In this document: piece by piece, positions 10,681 to 24,929 of the stretch
How the letters are laid out: the number at the start of each line of letters is the position of its first letter
Numbering within the stretch: position 1 is the stretch's first letter
Assembly: GCA_050230475.1 (NCBI GenBank)
Contig: JBFLGF010000178.1
Span: 1 to 64,000 of the forward strand
Reading direction: 5' to 3'
Length of the DNA stretch: 64,000 nt
Source: Ancylonema sp.
Taxonomy: Eukaryota
Notes under the pieces: generated by a model
The model's database searches: none
Told to the model about the DNA's origin: nothing
Seen by the model: the letters and a program-made list of their open reading frames with translations, nothing else
Program-made: the position numbers and the translations under genes

Positions 10681-13162
10681 CAAAAGCCTTGTCGCGGTGC
10701 GGTGCGTTTTCGGCTCTAGATTGCGGCCTCGCAGACTGCAGTAGACTTTCGGACCGGAACAAAGGAGCCCAGGCCAATTGAGGAAGTGGAAGAGTAGTAA
10801 AGAGTAGATAGTGATATAGAATGAGTAGTGAGTAGTGAGTGGTAAGTGAGTGTGTGGAGATATCCACATGCTTTCGGTTTTTCGTTTTCCCATACATTTC
10901 GGGATTTTGCATCATAATTATACCCCGGCATGTCCAGTTCCCCCCCTAAATCAGTGAGAAGGAAACAAATGACGATCGATTAGGCCGCTATGGGACCACG
11001 ATTGAATCTTGGGCGACCGGGATCCAACCACATTAATTTTGAGCAAGAAAACGAATAAAATCGATTTTATGATGTTGACCCCATAGTGGGTCCCGCTCCG
11101 CTCGCGGAATTTGCGAGCCCGGCTCCGAGCCGGCGCGCGTCCGCGAGCCGCCTAGCAAAAACGAAACATCGAAATGCGACTAAGTACAAATCCTCCTCTG
11201 TCAAGCAGGTAGTTACTAGTTCCCAGTACGTTCCGAACATGGTAACCACATTCTCATGGTTTCTCACAGAGATTGTGTCCGTTGGATCCGGTATTGTTTT
11301 TGGCGACTCAAAGATTCTGTAGCGAATCTTTAAGATCTTCTGACATGACGGGAATCGGACGACATCTCGGGGAGGGACGGGGCACTTAACAATGCCCAGC
11401 CGTCAGATGCTGGATTTCTTTAAAAAGTACAATCGACGAACTAAATCTTAGAGTGTCACACATTACGATGGAACTGGAGGACAACGATGGTACATTTACA
11501 TGGTACAATTACGATGAACGGGAGACGTGCTAAACGACAGAATTGTAGCTTGCAAACGACAAAGAGGAATCGTGAACGGGGACGGGATAATGACGAAATA
11601 CAAAGTGTAATGAACAAGTACTACGCAAGCATAATAGTCCACCGCAGGGACCAGGACTATCATGTGTTTATTTATTTTCCTTTGGGTCCCGCTCCGCTCA
11701 CGGATGTTGCGAGCCCGGTTTCGAGCCGGCGCGCGCGCGCTCTGGCTCCGAGCTGACGCGCACATTTTCCGGCTCGGGGACCCACTATGGTTGACCCACT
11801 ACGCCGGATTTCGGAATTTATGGCGTGACCCAACCCCAAGGTGGGTTGGCGCTCCACTTTTATACGTCTAGGGTTGACTCTTGTATTCACTTTCCGACAA
11901 CATTTCCCGGACGACTTAATTCAATATCTTGTGTACGTGCAAATCGTGTTTTCTCTGCGCAATCTGTTATTCTGTCGTAGCTGGAACACCTCTGTGCGCT
12001 AGTTACGCTTCGCATTTTCGGCACCCAGAGCTTACCTTGCTTTGGATAGTAGTTCAAAAAAATTCAGCACTTGTTGTGCTTGGGTGGTGTGTTGGGATAT
12101 ACTTGGGGTATATGGACTTAGGGGCAATAATATGGGTTAAGGGAACGTGTGTTAACACTTGGGGGGTGATTTGGGAGGTACGATTCAAACATTATAACTT
12201 GTAGTTTTGTACAATGCAAGACATTGCGTGTGTTGTTGTGAATATTTGGTAAACGATACGCTGCTATACGTCAACACCAACACATCTTATGAGGAGGACC
12301 ACATAAGTATTCTCAAATTGAAACGAGGCAAAATGTACACAAGTTTTCATATACATTCCAACAATAAAACCGTTGGGTAGATTTTGGGTAGATTTTTGTT
12401 TACATTCGCGTGATTGAACATAAATTTAAAACTTGGCACCAATTTTCGGTACGACACCAGAAATCGACAGAAAAACTGACCCGGGACATCTCTATACACT
12501 TGGCCAATAGTTTTTGAATGTTTCTTATATTGTTATTTGCGCGAATTCGCGTTTTGCCCTCAATTGAACGACATTTAGTAATGATTTTTAGAAAAACGTG
12601 TCATCAAATGGAGCGTTGTTTTACTTACATCGAGGGAAGTGTTTCATTAATTTTAGAGTTTGGAAATTAAGAAGTTTAGCCCGTAGCATTTCCCTTAGAA
12701 AAACTTTCACAACATCGAGGTTGACATTATAAATGGAGTCGTTATACCGAAGGATTAGTGTACCCGGCCTCTACGACCAGCGCGAACCGCGGGTGCTACC
12801 CTCTTCCTTGCAAGCGGAACATGCGCGAAATGACCTCGCGCCAAATCGAGAGCCCTATCACACCGCCAGACCTGCATGTCGCGGCCGATCGACGGTCAGG
12901 AGCACAAAGAACAGAAAAGTACGTCATAGGGCAGACGCTGCACGGGCGCTCTGAGCTGGACTGGTCACGAAATTGTTGGTGGACACTGTTTACGTGATGG
13001 CGAGCATAGTCCCCTGGTTCTGCGAGAAAAACGCTATCGCGCCAGCCTGGCTGTAGGACGACGATGGCAAGTGAGGGCTTATTAGAGCAATCAATCGAGG
13101 CATCGTAGGTTCCGAGAAAAATAGGGGTGGTTGGAAGGTAGGGTGGTTGGGAAGGTTTTATC

Positions 13163-15885
13163 ATGTCAGTAGAGGCAGCCATTCGACAATGGGCGGACGA
13201 AAATCTTGATGCGATACAGTCAGGTAGCCTGTCATGGACGCTTTCGCTTGTTGATTCAACAGCACGCAAGGCCGAATTCGTACTTGGTGATGGCCTGGCC
13301 GTTCTAAGCATGTCGTGGGAAGACACATTCAGCAATGCAGGCGATGACACCTGCCTGGCATTCAACATTAAGGAAGTAAAGGACTCAGCCGCTCAGAATT
13401 GGGTGGAGACTTTACAAGAATATGCGTTCGAAGGGGCATCCGTTGAAAGTGCTCTCTCCAAGGGCTATCGAACGTGGCAAAAAGTAGCTGCAAAATTCAC
13501 CCTCGAACCTCCAGTAGACGACAACGCGCGCTCAGATGATGAAAGCCGTGATCAAAATTCCGACGAAGAGGCCAGCGACGATTCAACTTCTGAGGGAGCA
13601 CTATCGACCGAGGGTGGTCCAGGCGCCAAGTCTGAAAAGGTGGCACTGGATTCCACCCTGTCGATCCCAGTGAGAGAAGGGGTCAGCAGCTCGCCACAGC
13701 ATGTCAACAAGAACAGTCTTTGTGCGATTTCTGGCCCAGTCACTTCATGCCCGAAAGAATCCGAACAGAAAGCGCGTCATCTTGCACTGCGCGATGACTC
13801 CCCTTCGAGTGCTAAAAGGCGGCGCACGCACACATTTGGAATTGATGTTGACTGCCTGGATACGACAGATTTGAAGGTAGTTCGGGAGAACGAAGGGTCT
13901 GAATTCGCTCCATCCGCAGCAGGAGGTGGGAGTGAGTTGGCAAGCGAAGGGACGGGGAAGAGAAATGGAAAAGGACAGAGCGGCAACGAGGGGGAGAACT
14001 GGAGGGAATCGCCACTTGCCACCGTGCACCTGGCGCGCTACTTTAGAGACGTGCAGAAGATCTGCCACAAGGTGGGCTGGGATTGGCTGTTGGAAAATAT
14101 GACGTGGCAATATGCCTTCAGGAGGGAGGGTAGGAGTAGCTGAAGATACAACAAATGATGAAAGGCTTAAAAGTAAGCGTTCTGAGAGGCCACATCTACT
14201 TGTTCTTTGTTCGGTGTGAAAAGTACAAGTCTGGGAGAGCGTCAAGAAGTTCCACAACAGAAATCCGTTTCCTTGCGCCAACAAAGACTATCTGTTTGGC
14301 ATCCAAGCGCCACGTTCTAGTGGTCAAAAATCTGACACTCACATCTCCGAACGGCTTCTGTTCGGCACCCCTACCTCCAATTGAGACTCAGACTCCTCTC
14401 TCCCTCCTCCCAGGACTGTGTCGAACTGAGCCTGGTGACTGAAGACAGCTTGTATGAGTGGGACGTGCATTTGAGGGGATTCCCAAAAGACTGCGCCTTG
14501 TACTCAGACCTGCAAAAGTATTCCCCCTCCTCCAAATCCCACCTCCTTTCTCCATGTGGCGTGGTGCTGCATGACATTGATGACGTGGCCGTCCTGCTCC
14601 TTACCTTTATGTCCTCAATTTTTCTTCTTTGACTGCTGAACAACGACCTGTTGGGAAGGTCACCTACAGCGTAGTTCGGGACCAACAGTGGCTAAACACG
14701 AAGTGAGATTTTTGGGGGCTACATGGTCTTCAAAAAATCTAAAAAAATATACACTTCACACAAGCTCACACGCAAAGCCAGATCGCTTACAAGGAGGTGT
14801 CATTCACATCCAGACCACTCACCTCCCACCTGCTCTAATCCCTGCACACCACAAGCGGAAATTCCGAATCCAGCTGTGTTCAGAAATCAAAAGCAGTCAT
14901 GGTGTATTATACCTTCACCCGAGAAAATCCAGGCGTCACCTTGACTCTTCCTCCCCCAGACTCGAGTACGCGGCTGTGGTCCTTCGTTTTGCTTTCTGTG
15001 GCGGTTTCCCGCAGCATCCTCCGTTTGTTCGGGTCCTGCGTCCGCGATACAAGCCCATGAGAGGCCATGTATCGAACGGCGGGGCGCTGTGCCTCGACAT
15101 TCTGACGCACGGGGATGGGAAATCCGCGCTAGGCTGGTCGCCCGTGTACAGTGCAGAGGGGCTCATCGTTCAAATCAGGTACGCTTTGGTGGGGAAAGCT
15201 GAAATTGAATTGAAAAAATATCACAAAGGGGGTCTGATGTGTATCCTGGTTGGAGCATATGTAGGCAGGGGAAGCAGTAGATGCTGGAAGGGGAATCTGA
15301 GAGCTGAACATATGTGGAAAGGAGGGTGGCAATGATGTGCAAATTCATATATTTTGCACATCATGAATTATATTTTGTATGGTTTTTGGATGTTCCCAGA
15401 GTGGCCGCCAAAATTTCTTCAGAGCAATTGGGTACGGGGGGGTACCCTTCCGGGAAGTTTCATGAGAAAATGAAACGCAGTGTTGAGGGGTGAAACGGGC
15501 TTTCTACTTGTCGGCATAAAGCTGAGAGGAGCAGAATATGATGATGGGATGTGATGGTTCCGCAACGTTTTGTTTCGTTCGCAGATCTGCTTTGATTCAG
15601 GGAAACGGACGAGTGGATTTCAGTCTGCCTCCGAAAAAAAGGGACCAGGAGTACCAGGAATCATATGCCATCAAAAGGTGTGTGGGGCAATTATTTAAGC
15701 ACTCACATCTCATATATGTGGTTCTATTTTCGTTCATGTAATTGTTTGCAGAGGGAGAAATATATGAAATCGCCGGAACCACTAAAGACAATATCTAGTG
15801 CCCTTTGCCTTGCAGCTACCAGGCGCTGGCCCAAAAGCACCAGTGGGTGCCAAACCCTTCCATCAAAAAATGGACGAGAAGTTGA
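13163..15885 (+). CDS. Ubiquitin-conjugating enzyme E2, UBE2Q-like, 5 exons (13163-14071, 14414-14517, 14960-15178, 15585-15677, 15816-15885)
   Basis: GT-AG splicing keeps the frame: SLYEWDVHLRGF, FPQHPPFVRVLRP, GHVSNGGALCLDIL (active-site Cys), GWSPVYS, ALIQGNGRVD, SYQALAQKHQW. Confidence 0.85.
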
Positions 15886-16909
15886 CAATTTTAGCGTTTT
15901 GACAACTTCTTTTGGTCTATTTGGTGATAGTAACATTTTTGAGTGTTTTCCCCTCCCAATCCTTGTCCAGCCAGTTGTTAATACTTTCGCATTGGGTGCA
16001 GATGTATCAAGTGGATAGATTTGCGGACATTGTTCTTTGTAATAAAGTGCGCACGTAATTCATAATCTGGCGCCTTATGGGGCTTCAAGTCTCGAGGTAG
16101 CTATAAAGAGTAACTCTACGTGACGGCGAGAGGGCTGGAGAGTTCATGATTTTTTTTGTATCAATGTGCTCTGCTAATTTCAACAAGCACTCGTACCAGA
16201 AAAAAAAATCTTGAGATTATTGTGGTAGCAGTCGAATCTCCCGTATTGTGAAAACATGTCTCAATAATTACACCATTTTTCACACTTGTTTGTGGCTTCG
16301 ATTGCATCTATCCAAAAATTGCTTATCTGGTCGCTTATTGAGACAAATGTAGACGCGTCTGGCTCCAAATATTACGTGGTACCAGTTAAAAGCATTTGGA
16401 AAAGCATTTGGTAGCGTCCCAAGAGTCACGAGATGAGGGGAAACGACTTCATCAGTTGTAGACGACCTTCCCAGCTAAAATAATATGGCAACGAGTCTAA
16501 ATGACTTGACCATAATCAGTCTGAGACTCAAAGACCTTAATCAACGCAACTTGTCCGATCAGCAAAAACTCTTTTGACATCTTCCCATCCACTTCTTTGT
16601 CACCCAGTGCAAAAAAATGTCGTTTTTGGCGCGAAGTACCGTAGTGACCACATATAATATCCCGGGTTTTAAAAAATGAATAAATTTTAGCTAATGAACC
16701 ACCGTTTGACCCACCCGCACACTCAATAGAAAACTTCCCATTCGATTTACATTCATTACCGAGTGACCCGCATTATAAAATGACCCTCTTTACGAAAAAT
16801 GATTTATTTGCTTTGACTTGACCCACCCTTTTCAGAATTACTTGAGGGTCATTCTGTCTGGCCAGTACGGTATTGTACTCTCTTTTCAATGACACATGAA
16901 AACTGATGG

Positions 16910-19900
16910 TGTGAGTGCTTTCTTCTGCCATCGATGCAAGAATAAAGCACAATTCTCTCAGACAACTCTTGAATCGACAGATCACGTCATTTCAAACGTT
17001 GACACAACACAAGAGCAAGTTTGAAGTAGAAAAGTCTGATTACAGAATTCAGCATACAAGCTCAGACCTAGTACAGTCAATTGTTGCCTGGGCAAAGTAT
17101 CTACTGGTATCGAAACTACTTCGTCAACTGCCAATCATATCCAAGCATTCTGCCACATCAACTAGTTCTTATCGACACTTGTGCCAGATGGCCAAGCAAT
17201 CATTGAAACAAGGACATCGGCCTGCAGCCGGCCTGCAGCCTGCTGCAGCCTGCATTTTCTGAATAAGACAAAACTAAAGCTAAAGTCCCGGTATTGCTAA
17301 AATCGATATAACGACAAAAGTTCACAGCCCCTAAAAACTAACACCCCCTCCCGGGTACTTTTGTATTCCCCCTCCAAAAACGATAACCAAAACGATATCG
17401 ATTTTATAAACACAAGTCGACAAAAAACTCACTAAAATAAACTGATCAATGAACCATCTACAATTATTTTGCATACACCAACCCCACCAGATCACAATTC
17501 TTCTTCAACGCCTTGAGAGACAGTGGTTTTGTCAACATATCAGCAGCCTAGTCTTCATTCTTGACAAACTGTAGACTGATCTTTTTCTTGGACACCCTCT
17601 CTCGAATGGAATGATACTTGATCTCGATGTGTTTGGAGCGCGCTTGTGAAAAACAGGATTCTCAGCAAGATTCAAAGAACTCTCATTGTCTCCCAGCAAT
17701 AGCACCCCCCCCACCAATCCAACTCCTGCATCTGGCAAATAAATGGCCTCATCGCAGCACTCAATGCCAAATACTTACTTTCACAGCTTGAGTGTGTGAC
17801 TGTTTCCAGGAGACCATTTTTCCAGCTCACAGCAGCTCCTCCAGTAAGAAAGACATAGCCAGTTCTCCCCTTCCTAGTGTCGACGTCGTCACCATGACTA
17901 GCATCTGAGTAACCGATGACTGGCAAATCACCTCTTTTCTTATACATCAGCCCCAAATTGACAGTTCCCTTGAGATATCGCAAAACTCTCTTTACCCCCT
18001 CCCAATGCTTGTCCCCTGGCTGCTGACTGTATCGACACAAGGAGTTAACAGCAGCTGCCAGATCAGGTCTTGTTCCAGAAGTGAGATACATCAAATTGCC
18101 CATTGCAGACTTGTAGCCCACACCCTCTATTCCAGCAGATTCAGAAGCAGATTCACAGTTTGCAGAAAATTTTACACCCAGCTCAAGAGGGGTAGCATCA
18201 TCAGGATACCATTCTGGAACAACTTCTAGATGATCTTCGTCTTCATCGCCTCCACTAGAATTGCTGACAAGTTCTGGAAGATTTGCACTCTGAGGAATAG
18301 GGGATCTCGGTAGCTGTGGCAATAGATTTCCCACAGCATCAGGGATCTCTTCATCGACGGAATTTGGATCGTTATAGGCAGGTTGCCCACCTCTAGAAAT
18401 GCCCCCTCCGAGACCAACACTACCCCCTCCTGCTCCTTGATCAGCTGCATCCAGATCTGGCCGTGACATTTTTGTTTCTGCAACTGGCTCATGCACTCTT
18501 GCCTTCTTGCCAATTTTCTGCCCCCTCCACCAGCTTTGCTTGACAGATTCATCGAAGTCTGCATGACCAGTGCCAACGTTGTGTATTTTGTTCGTTGCAG
18601 GATCCCAGACTCGGTAGCAAGGACTGTCGGGATTCCATCCAACTAACACACCAAGCCAAGCCAGCGCACTCATTTTCCCAGCCCGATCTTTTTTCAGACG
18701 AGGAGCTGCATCATCTTTGGTGCGAAGTATTTCCACCTAGGATTTTCGGTTGTATTCATCGACGAGCACCATGTTGTACACTCCTTCCCCTATTGATGCT
18801 GGATTGAACGGCCGTGCCAAGTCCACCGACACTCCTTCCCAGGCAGACTTGTTCTCCTTCACCAACGATGAGGTTTGTCGTGTGCCTTCCCCAGCTTGCA
18901 CCCTTCACAGTTTGAAGACAAGCGAAGTTCGACCCCGTTCTGGAGGAGCCATGACTGCTGATGGGTGGTTGAGCAGAGGCGTGTGATGTTGCCCTCCCCA
19001 GCTTGCACCCTTCACAGTTTTGCAGAACTCTTGAGATGCCTCCTTCCAGTCCTCGTAGAAGATGTTGTCGTGCCACATTTTTGAGCACTCTCTCATTTGC
19101 ATGCCCAAGTCTTGTGTGCAGGAGGTTGATTTCGACAGCCAGCTACAACAGCTTCCCCTTCAATAAGTTGTGGATGTCGAACCGGTGTGCAGATTAGAGT
19201 TTTTCGACCTGTCGATGTTTCGTGCAGAGTGCAGACTTGTTGTCCAAATTTGTTGTAAACTATAATGATGCCACCAGCTTTTCCACTGCAAGTGTAAGAC
19301 CACCCTGCTTCTCTGGCTTGACCGCTGAACAAATTAATGCGCATTCCAGGAATGTACAAACATTTCTTGAGTGTTACTTCTCCACACTCTCCCTCGGTAT
19401 TCAGCTCAATTGTTCCCCACTGCTTCACTCGCACACTTCCGACCAGATGATGCATGATGACCTCGTGTGGAATATGTCTTCGAGGATTTTGAAAAGATTT
19501 TTCTGCCCACAGGAATGGTGACTGGAACCATCGTCGAATAGGAAATCTTTCTCTGCATCATCATCATCTGCAACATCTCCTTCACATATCTCAGCGATGA
19601 CAGCTTCTCCATGACCACACCTCTTCTCCTCATCGATTTCGCCAACGAAAGTTGTTTTTCTCCCAGTGCGTACCCCCTTTCTCTGCATTCGTGGAGCCTC
19701 GTTTTTCTTGTCGAAACATGTGAATTCCACATGACCCATGGCTCCACAATATCTGCATTCTTCGTTTTTCTTGGAGCAGTCTCTGCTATAGTGACTTGTC
19801 TCTCCACAAGTATAGGAGGAATGTCCTCCACTTGATCCACTGCCTCCACCTCTGCCTCCACGACCACCTATGATTCCACGATTATCTGCTGAATACCCCC

Positions 19901-21064
19901 TGAATGTACCCCTGCCTCCACGATTGTCGATACCACCACCTCTGCCTTGGCTTGAAAATTTTTGTTGCGCTGACCACTTAGCATAGTTTGCCTCTACAAC
20001 TAGTGCCTCAGCATCTTTGTGACATCTTTTTCTTTCTTGTCGTCCAGCTCATCCATTCCCATCTGCCCCCTCCAGCTGATCCAGGTGCCCTTTCTGTCCA
20101 TAGTAAAGCTTCTTCAACATGCCTATTTTGTTCTTGACATGCAGCAAACAATGCCATCACCTGGTCTTCTGCGCTGACAGAATTTTTTGATGTACACACT
20201 CTCTGATGATCGACAAAAAGGTATTCTTGATTTCTCTGACTGGCATCTTTTCATCAATCTTGAAAGAGTTCAGCTTTTCTTTTGCAATCTGTCGAAGTTC
20301 TGGAGATACCTTGTCATACTCCTCTGTCAGATAGTCCCACATCGCCTTTGGATCTCGTTCAAATTGTTCAAGTGATGTTAAGCGATGTCGTCACTGACAA
20401 GAAGTTGCATGAGTAGCACGACTGCCTTTTTTGATCTTTTGCGAGCTTCTGACATCAAGTGTATACTGCTCCATTTCTGCTTCATTTGTTGGCCAGTGTT
20501 GATCATCATATCTGGCTGTAACCTCAGGTGGAATAGTCTCTGTTCCTTTGCAGATCTCAAGACACTCAGCATCATCAAGAGTAGCTGAGGCCTTAGATCT
20601 CCATGTTTGAAAGGTAACTTTATCTCCATCCAGAATGCAGTACTGTGCTCTGATACCACTGTGAGTGCTTTCTTCTGCCATCGATGCAAGAATAAAGCAC
20701 AATTCCCTCAGACAACTCTTGAATCGACAGAAGAAAGATCACGTCATTACAAACGTTGACACAACAAAAAGTTTGAAGTAGAAAAGTCTGATTACAGAAT
20801 TCAGCATACAAGCTCAGACCTAGTAGTCGTTTGTTGCCTGGTCAAAGAATCTATTGGTATCGAAACTACTTCGTCAACTGCCAATCATATCTAAGCATTC
20901 TGCCACATCAACTAGTTCTTATCGACACTTGTGCCAGATGGCACAGCCGGCCTGCAGCCTGCCTACAGCCTGCATTTGCTGAATAACGACAAAACTAAAG
21001 CTAAATTCCCGGTATTGCCAAAATCGATATAACGACAAAAGTTCACAGCCCCTAAAAACTAACA
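16910..21064 (-). mobile_element. Internally deleted Ty1/copia LTR retrotransposon
   Basis: LTRs 20660-21064 and 16910-17343 (TG..CA). Perfect TSD GATGG (16905-16909, 21065-21069). PBS TGGTATCAGAGC and PPT at 17344-17354. Gag knuckle, PR (FLFDDGSSHH), RLGH pre-integrase, RT tail (GNLMYLTSGTRPDL), RNase H (GYSDASHG, DNESS). Confidence 0.95.
20647..20658 (-). promoter_or_regulatory. Primer-binding site (initiator Met tRNA) of the copia element
   Basis: TGGTATCAGAGC lies one base after the 5' LTR. Confidence 0.92.
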
Positions 21065-22109
21065 GATGGCATCCAGACTGGTTTCACGTGATGCCTGAAA
21101 GTCAGCAGATTACACACTTTCATCAACATTTGGAGCGATTTATTGCCAAACACTTAGACATTAGAACACAACTATCTCATTTTCCTTTTCCCCCCCAAAT
21201 CCATGGCATAAGTCGAGGTGTGTGAGGATTCGACAAACTTCATCATTGCTGTAGCCGAAATTATTAGTGGAAGTAGTAGGATATCGAAAAACATACGACA
21301 TATGTTATTGGCCGCCAAACGGGAGGATAGGCTCGTTTTGTTGTAGTCTACCAGGTAGAACGTTAGGGAGGATCACTCATTTTGACATCATCACACGTGC
21401 AAGTGAAAAAAAATTGATGTACACCGGAACAATGTCTTGTTGGGGCATCAACTGATACAGCATGTCTTTCCAGGTTGATTAAACATCCTGACTTCATTTG
21501 CACAAGCAATCTTTCAAACTAGTCCTCCTAAGGCGTGACACTGACCACAAACCTACTCGCAAACTAGCCCCTGCCACATTCACACAAAATTTACCTGAAA
21601 GTAACACAATCAACTACTGAACTAACACGAGTCTCATCATCTTTATTTCAGTAATCATCAGGCAACCTTGCTTAATATTTCCAGCATTTCTAACCAAACT
21701 GCGCAGAATGGTTGGAGTACGAGTATTTGCAAATACTCATCAACCTCCAGCAAGAAAGAATTCAGCAGCTTCACATGTTTGAAGTCTCTGGTCTGCAAAG
21801 GAATTCATCTGCAGAGGTGAGGAAAGGAAGCGACAGAACACAATCAAATACTTCCTATCACATAAGCAACTAAGCAGCAATATCAACCCCTACAATTCAA
21901 ACGCGAAGTCTGCATGCATTCACAAGGTAAACACCGTCACAAGCAACTGATTTGTCTTGAACTGATCTGCTCAGCCTAAACCATTATCCCAATTGTGAAA
22001 CCAGGAAAATTCTCAAGCGCAACCCTCCAGACCCTCTCTTCACAATTGGACAATAAAATTATTACATGCAAGGGGGACCACATAACTCACATCAGAAAAA
22101 TAAACTCAT

Positions 22110-24610
22110 TTAGGCGTTCCGGGTTCTCGTGGAGGACGGTTTCCCCAAGGATGTCCTTCTGACTTTCTTCTCCGTCGTTCTCTTGGGAGACTTTGTGACT
22201 GCCTTGGCTTTCACAACCGCAGGTTTCGCAGCTTTCGCGGGTTTCGCAGGTTTTGCAGGAGATTTCTTTGCTTTCGCAGTCACAGTCTTTTCAGGCTTCT
22301 GAGCAGCAACAACTTTTCCTGGAGCTGAAGTCTTTGCCTTGCTTGGCTTCGCCTTGGGCTTTGAAGCCTTGCTGGGCGTTACCTTAGCTTTCACATCTTT
22401 CACAGTCTTCCTTGGTGTCCTCTTGCTCACTCTGCTGCCCTTCCCTTCAGAAGTAAGAACCGCCTTCTTTCGCTTTGGGGCCTTCCCATCCTGATTCTCC
22501 ACAGCCTTGCGTTTCTTTGACTGAGTCACTGTGGCGGGCTGGTCCGGAATCTGGGCAATAGAACCAACAGATGCTCGAGCCCGTGGTCAGTACTGAGTTC
22601 AGCAGTGTAGTCAAGTAAGTGTATACTAGTGTTGGTAACTATCTTCAGAAAGCAATGACATTGACTCACACGTCTGGGAAGTCAGATATCAATGAGATGC
22701 TAGCAAGAAACAAAAAAACAAACTGAGTGTCATACAACCATAACCACACTGACACTGGTCTTGGCTAGCAACGACAAATACTACTTTTGAGCCAGTGAAT
22801 ATCGACACCACTGAAGAAATTATCCAGTGACAGAAGTACTCTCAGAAACAAGCATTACCTCAGATTTGTTTTTGTTTGTCACCCACTTCCCCTCCAGCAG
22901 AGAAATACCGCGTCTAATTTTGTCAACTTTGGCCTGCTCTGTGGTTTTAGTTCCTGTATCCCGTGGCAAAGATACATACCCCAAGGTTTGTTTCGAGTGT
23001 CAAAAAGCAACTCGTGTCCATTTTGAACCTTGCTTGACCATGTCAGTCACCCATAGCTCGAGTAAATTTCTAGGACACAGTGATACATCACAATTAAGTA
23101 GGCACTTCAATTCTGCATCAAAATAATGCGAATTCTCTTCACCATGAAAGGAAGTTCTATCTCCACCAGGTGGTGCTGGTCGAAATTATATACCAACTTT
23201 TTAGTAAGCACTGAAACACCACAAAAGATACACAATCACCAAAAGCAGGGAAAGTCAATCTGCATACATATTTCGAACAACATGAATACCGAATCGCATT
23301 CCACTAATAAAAAAGCTGCTGCATCTTTGGTTAACAGGAATTAAATGCAGGCAAAAGTGGCAAATGTACTGAAACATACCTGGATAATACACGGTGGCTG
23401 ACTTGCCCTTGACAGAAATAATGATACCCTCCCACCATCTGCACACACAAATTCGTGAGTTATAGTCATTCTCCATCTGAAGATGCAGGGAAACAGACAG
23501 ATAGAAACACAGACAGAGACAGACAGATAGACGGAAATGGACACAAAGAAGCAGCAGCGGGGGAGCAGCATCCAGACCTCCAAAGGCAACCCAATCACCA
23601 TCTAACCTTATTGCAGTACTGCAATACACACGTCCTTCAAAAAAGAGAAGGTTTTGTAACACATTTTTCTACTTACGCATCCTGAAACAAAACTTCCACA
23701 GGATCACCCTTTGCCCACGCCTCTGCCTTCCCTGCTCCTGGTGTAGGAACTGAGGGTCGGATCCTCTTGACATTAAAACCAGGGGCCACGTCCTTGTCAA
23801 CCGAGAAAACTTCTTCAAAATTTGTTTTTTCTGCAGAATCACAAAATGTAACCGCAGGCCAGAAAAGACAGCATCAGCAGAAGATGCAGCAACAGTAGCA
23901 GCAGCAACAAACTCAGTAGATTACATACTTAATTGAATTTATGGAAGGAGGTTAAGTAAATTCATGAAAGCCAAGAGACACTGCACGCTAGCTACCTGTA
24001 CCAACGGCGTCATTTCTGATGTAACCTGCGAACGTAGCTCACAACGAAATGATCCACTGTCCTACTCAATATTTCTTAAAACTTCCGGCAATCTATACAC
24101 ACCGTCATCTGCCAAGAGCTCGTTGACCTTCACGCGAGCGCTGTCATCTTCAAGTTTAGTAATCACGCCAGAATACCAAGCTCCTTTGATTCCTTCGTCG
24201 TTGAAGCAAACCTGCGACAAAACCGCTTCCACAAATATAAGACTCAGAACTAGATAACTAACGATACTTGAACATAAGGGTCAGGATTCAGCGCGCGCAA
24301 GCTTCGCTACACCAACTGCTCGATATTATAGAGAAATTACTGGACTCACCTCCACTGCATCACCTTCAGTGAACGTGTGCTGAATTTCTAGTAAATCTGT
24401 CTTCACGTCGGACTCTACAATGCGTTGCACAGTGACTTCTTCGGTCAGAGTCACACGTCCCTCAGTGATTTCAGCTACGGTCGATTTCACAAGAAGGTCT
24501 TGCTCCACTTTAGTTGACGCAGGCACTTCTGGCACAGAAGCTGCACTCTCTCCCCCAATCGCTGACACGATTTCCTGGTTCAGATCGAGAGTTTGCGAGA
24601 CGACAGACAT
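22110..24610 (-). CDS. Tandem Agenet/Tudor-domain protein with Lys/Ala-rich C-terminal tail (multi-exon)
   Basis: Spliced reading FTEGDAVE|VCFNDEGIKGAWYSGVI...RIRPSVP...WAKGDPVEVLFQD|WWEGIII...VYYPG...IRRG..LEGKW. The last exon (ending at 22110) is K/A/P-rich. Some exon borders are approximate. Confidence 0.78.
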
Positions 24611-24929
24611 CCTGACTCGCAAGTCTGATTACCTGGATGAAGTGTAATGAGAGGACAAAGATTTTTGATTTTCTAAGTTCTAACTACTTCTGCAGAACTT
24701 CAGGCCTAGGTCCCTGACTTCCCGTGCATCCCAAAATTTCAATTCCGCGCTCTGGTCCGGTTTCCGCTCGATGGGATTCAAATTTGGGAATGTAGCAACA
24801 CGTGCGAGGTATGAGTTGGCGCTCGCTGTAGTCAGATACGTGCGAAATTTTCACAGTGAGAGAACTGAACGAGACTTTCTCTCACTGGGCTCATTGGTAT
24901 CATTGGACTCAATATCAAGTCCTTTGTAC

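Noticed and set aside
22110..22529. Histone H1 gene
   Set aside because: No globular winged-helix domain was found; the upstream exons encode Agenet domains.
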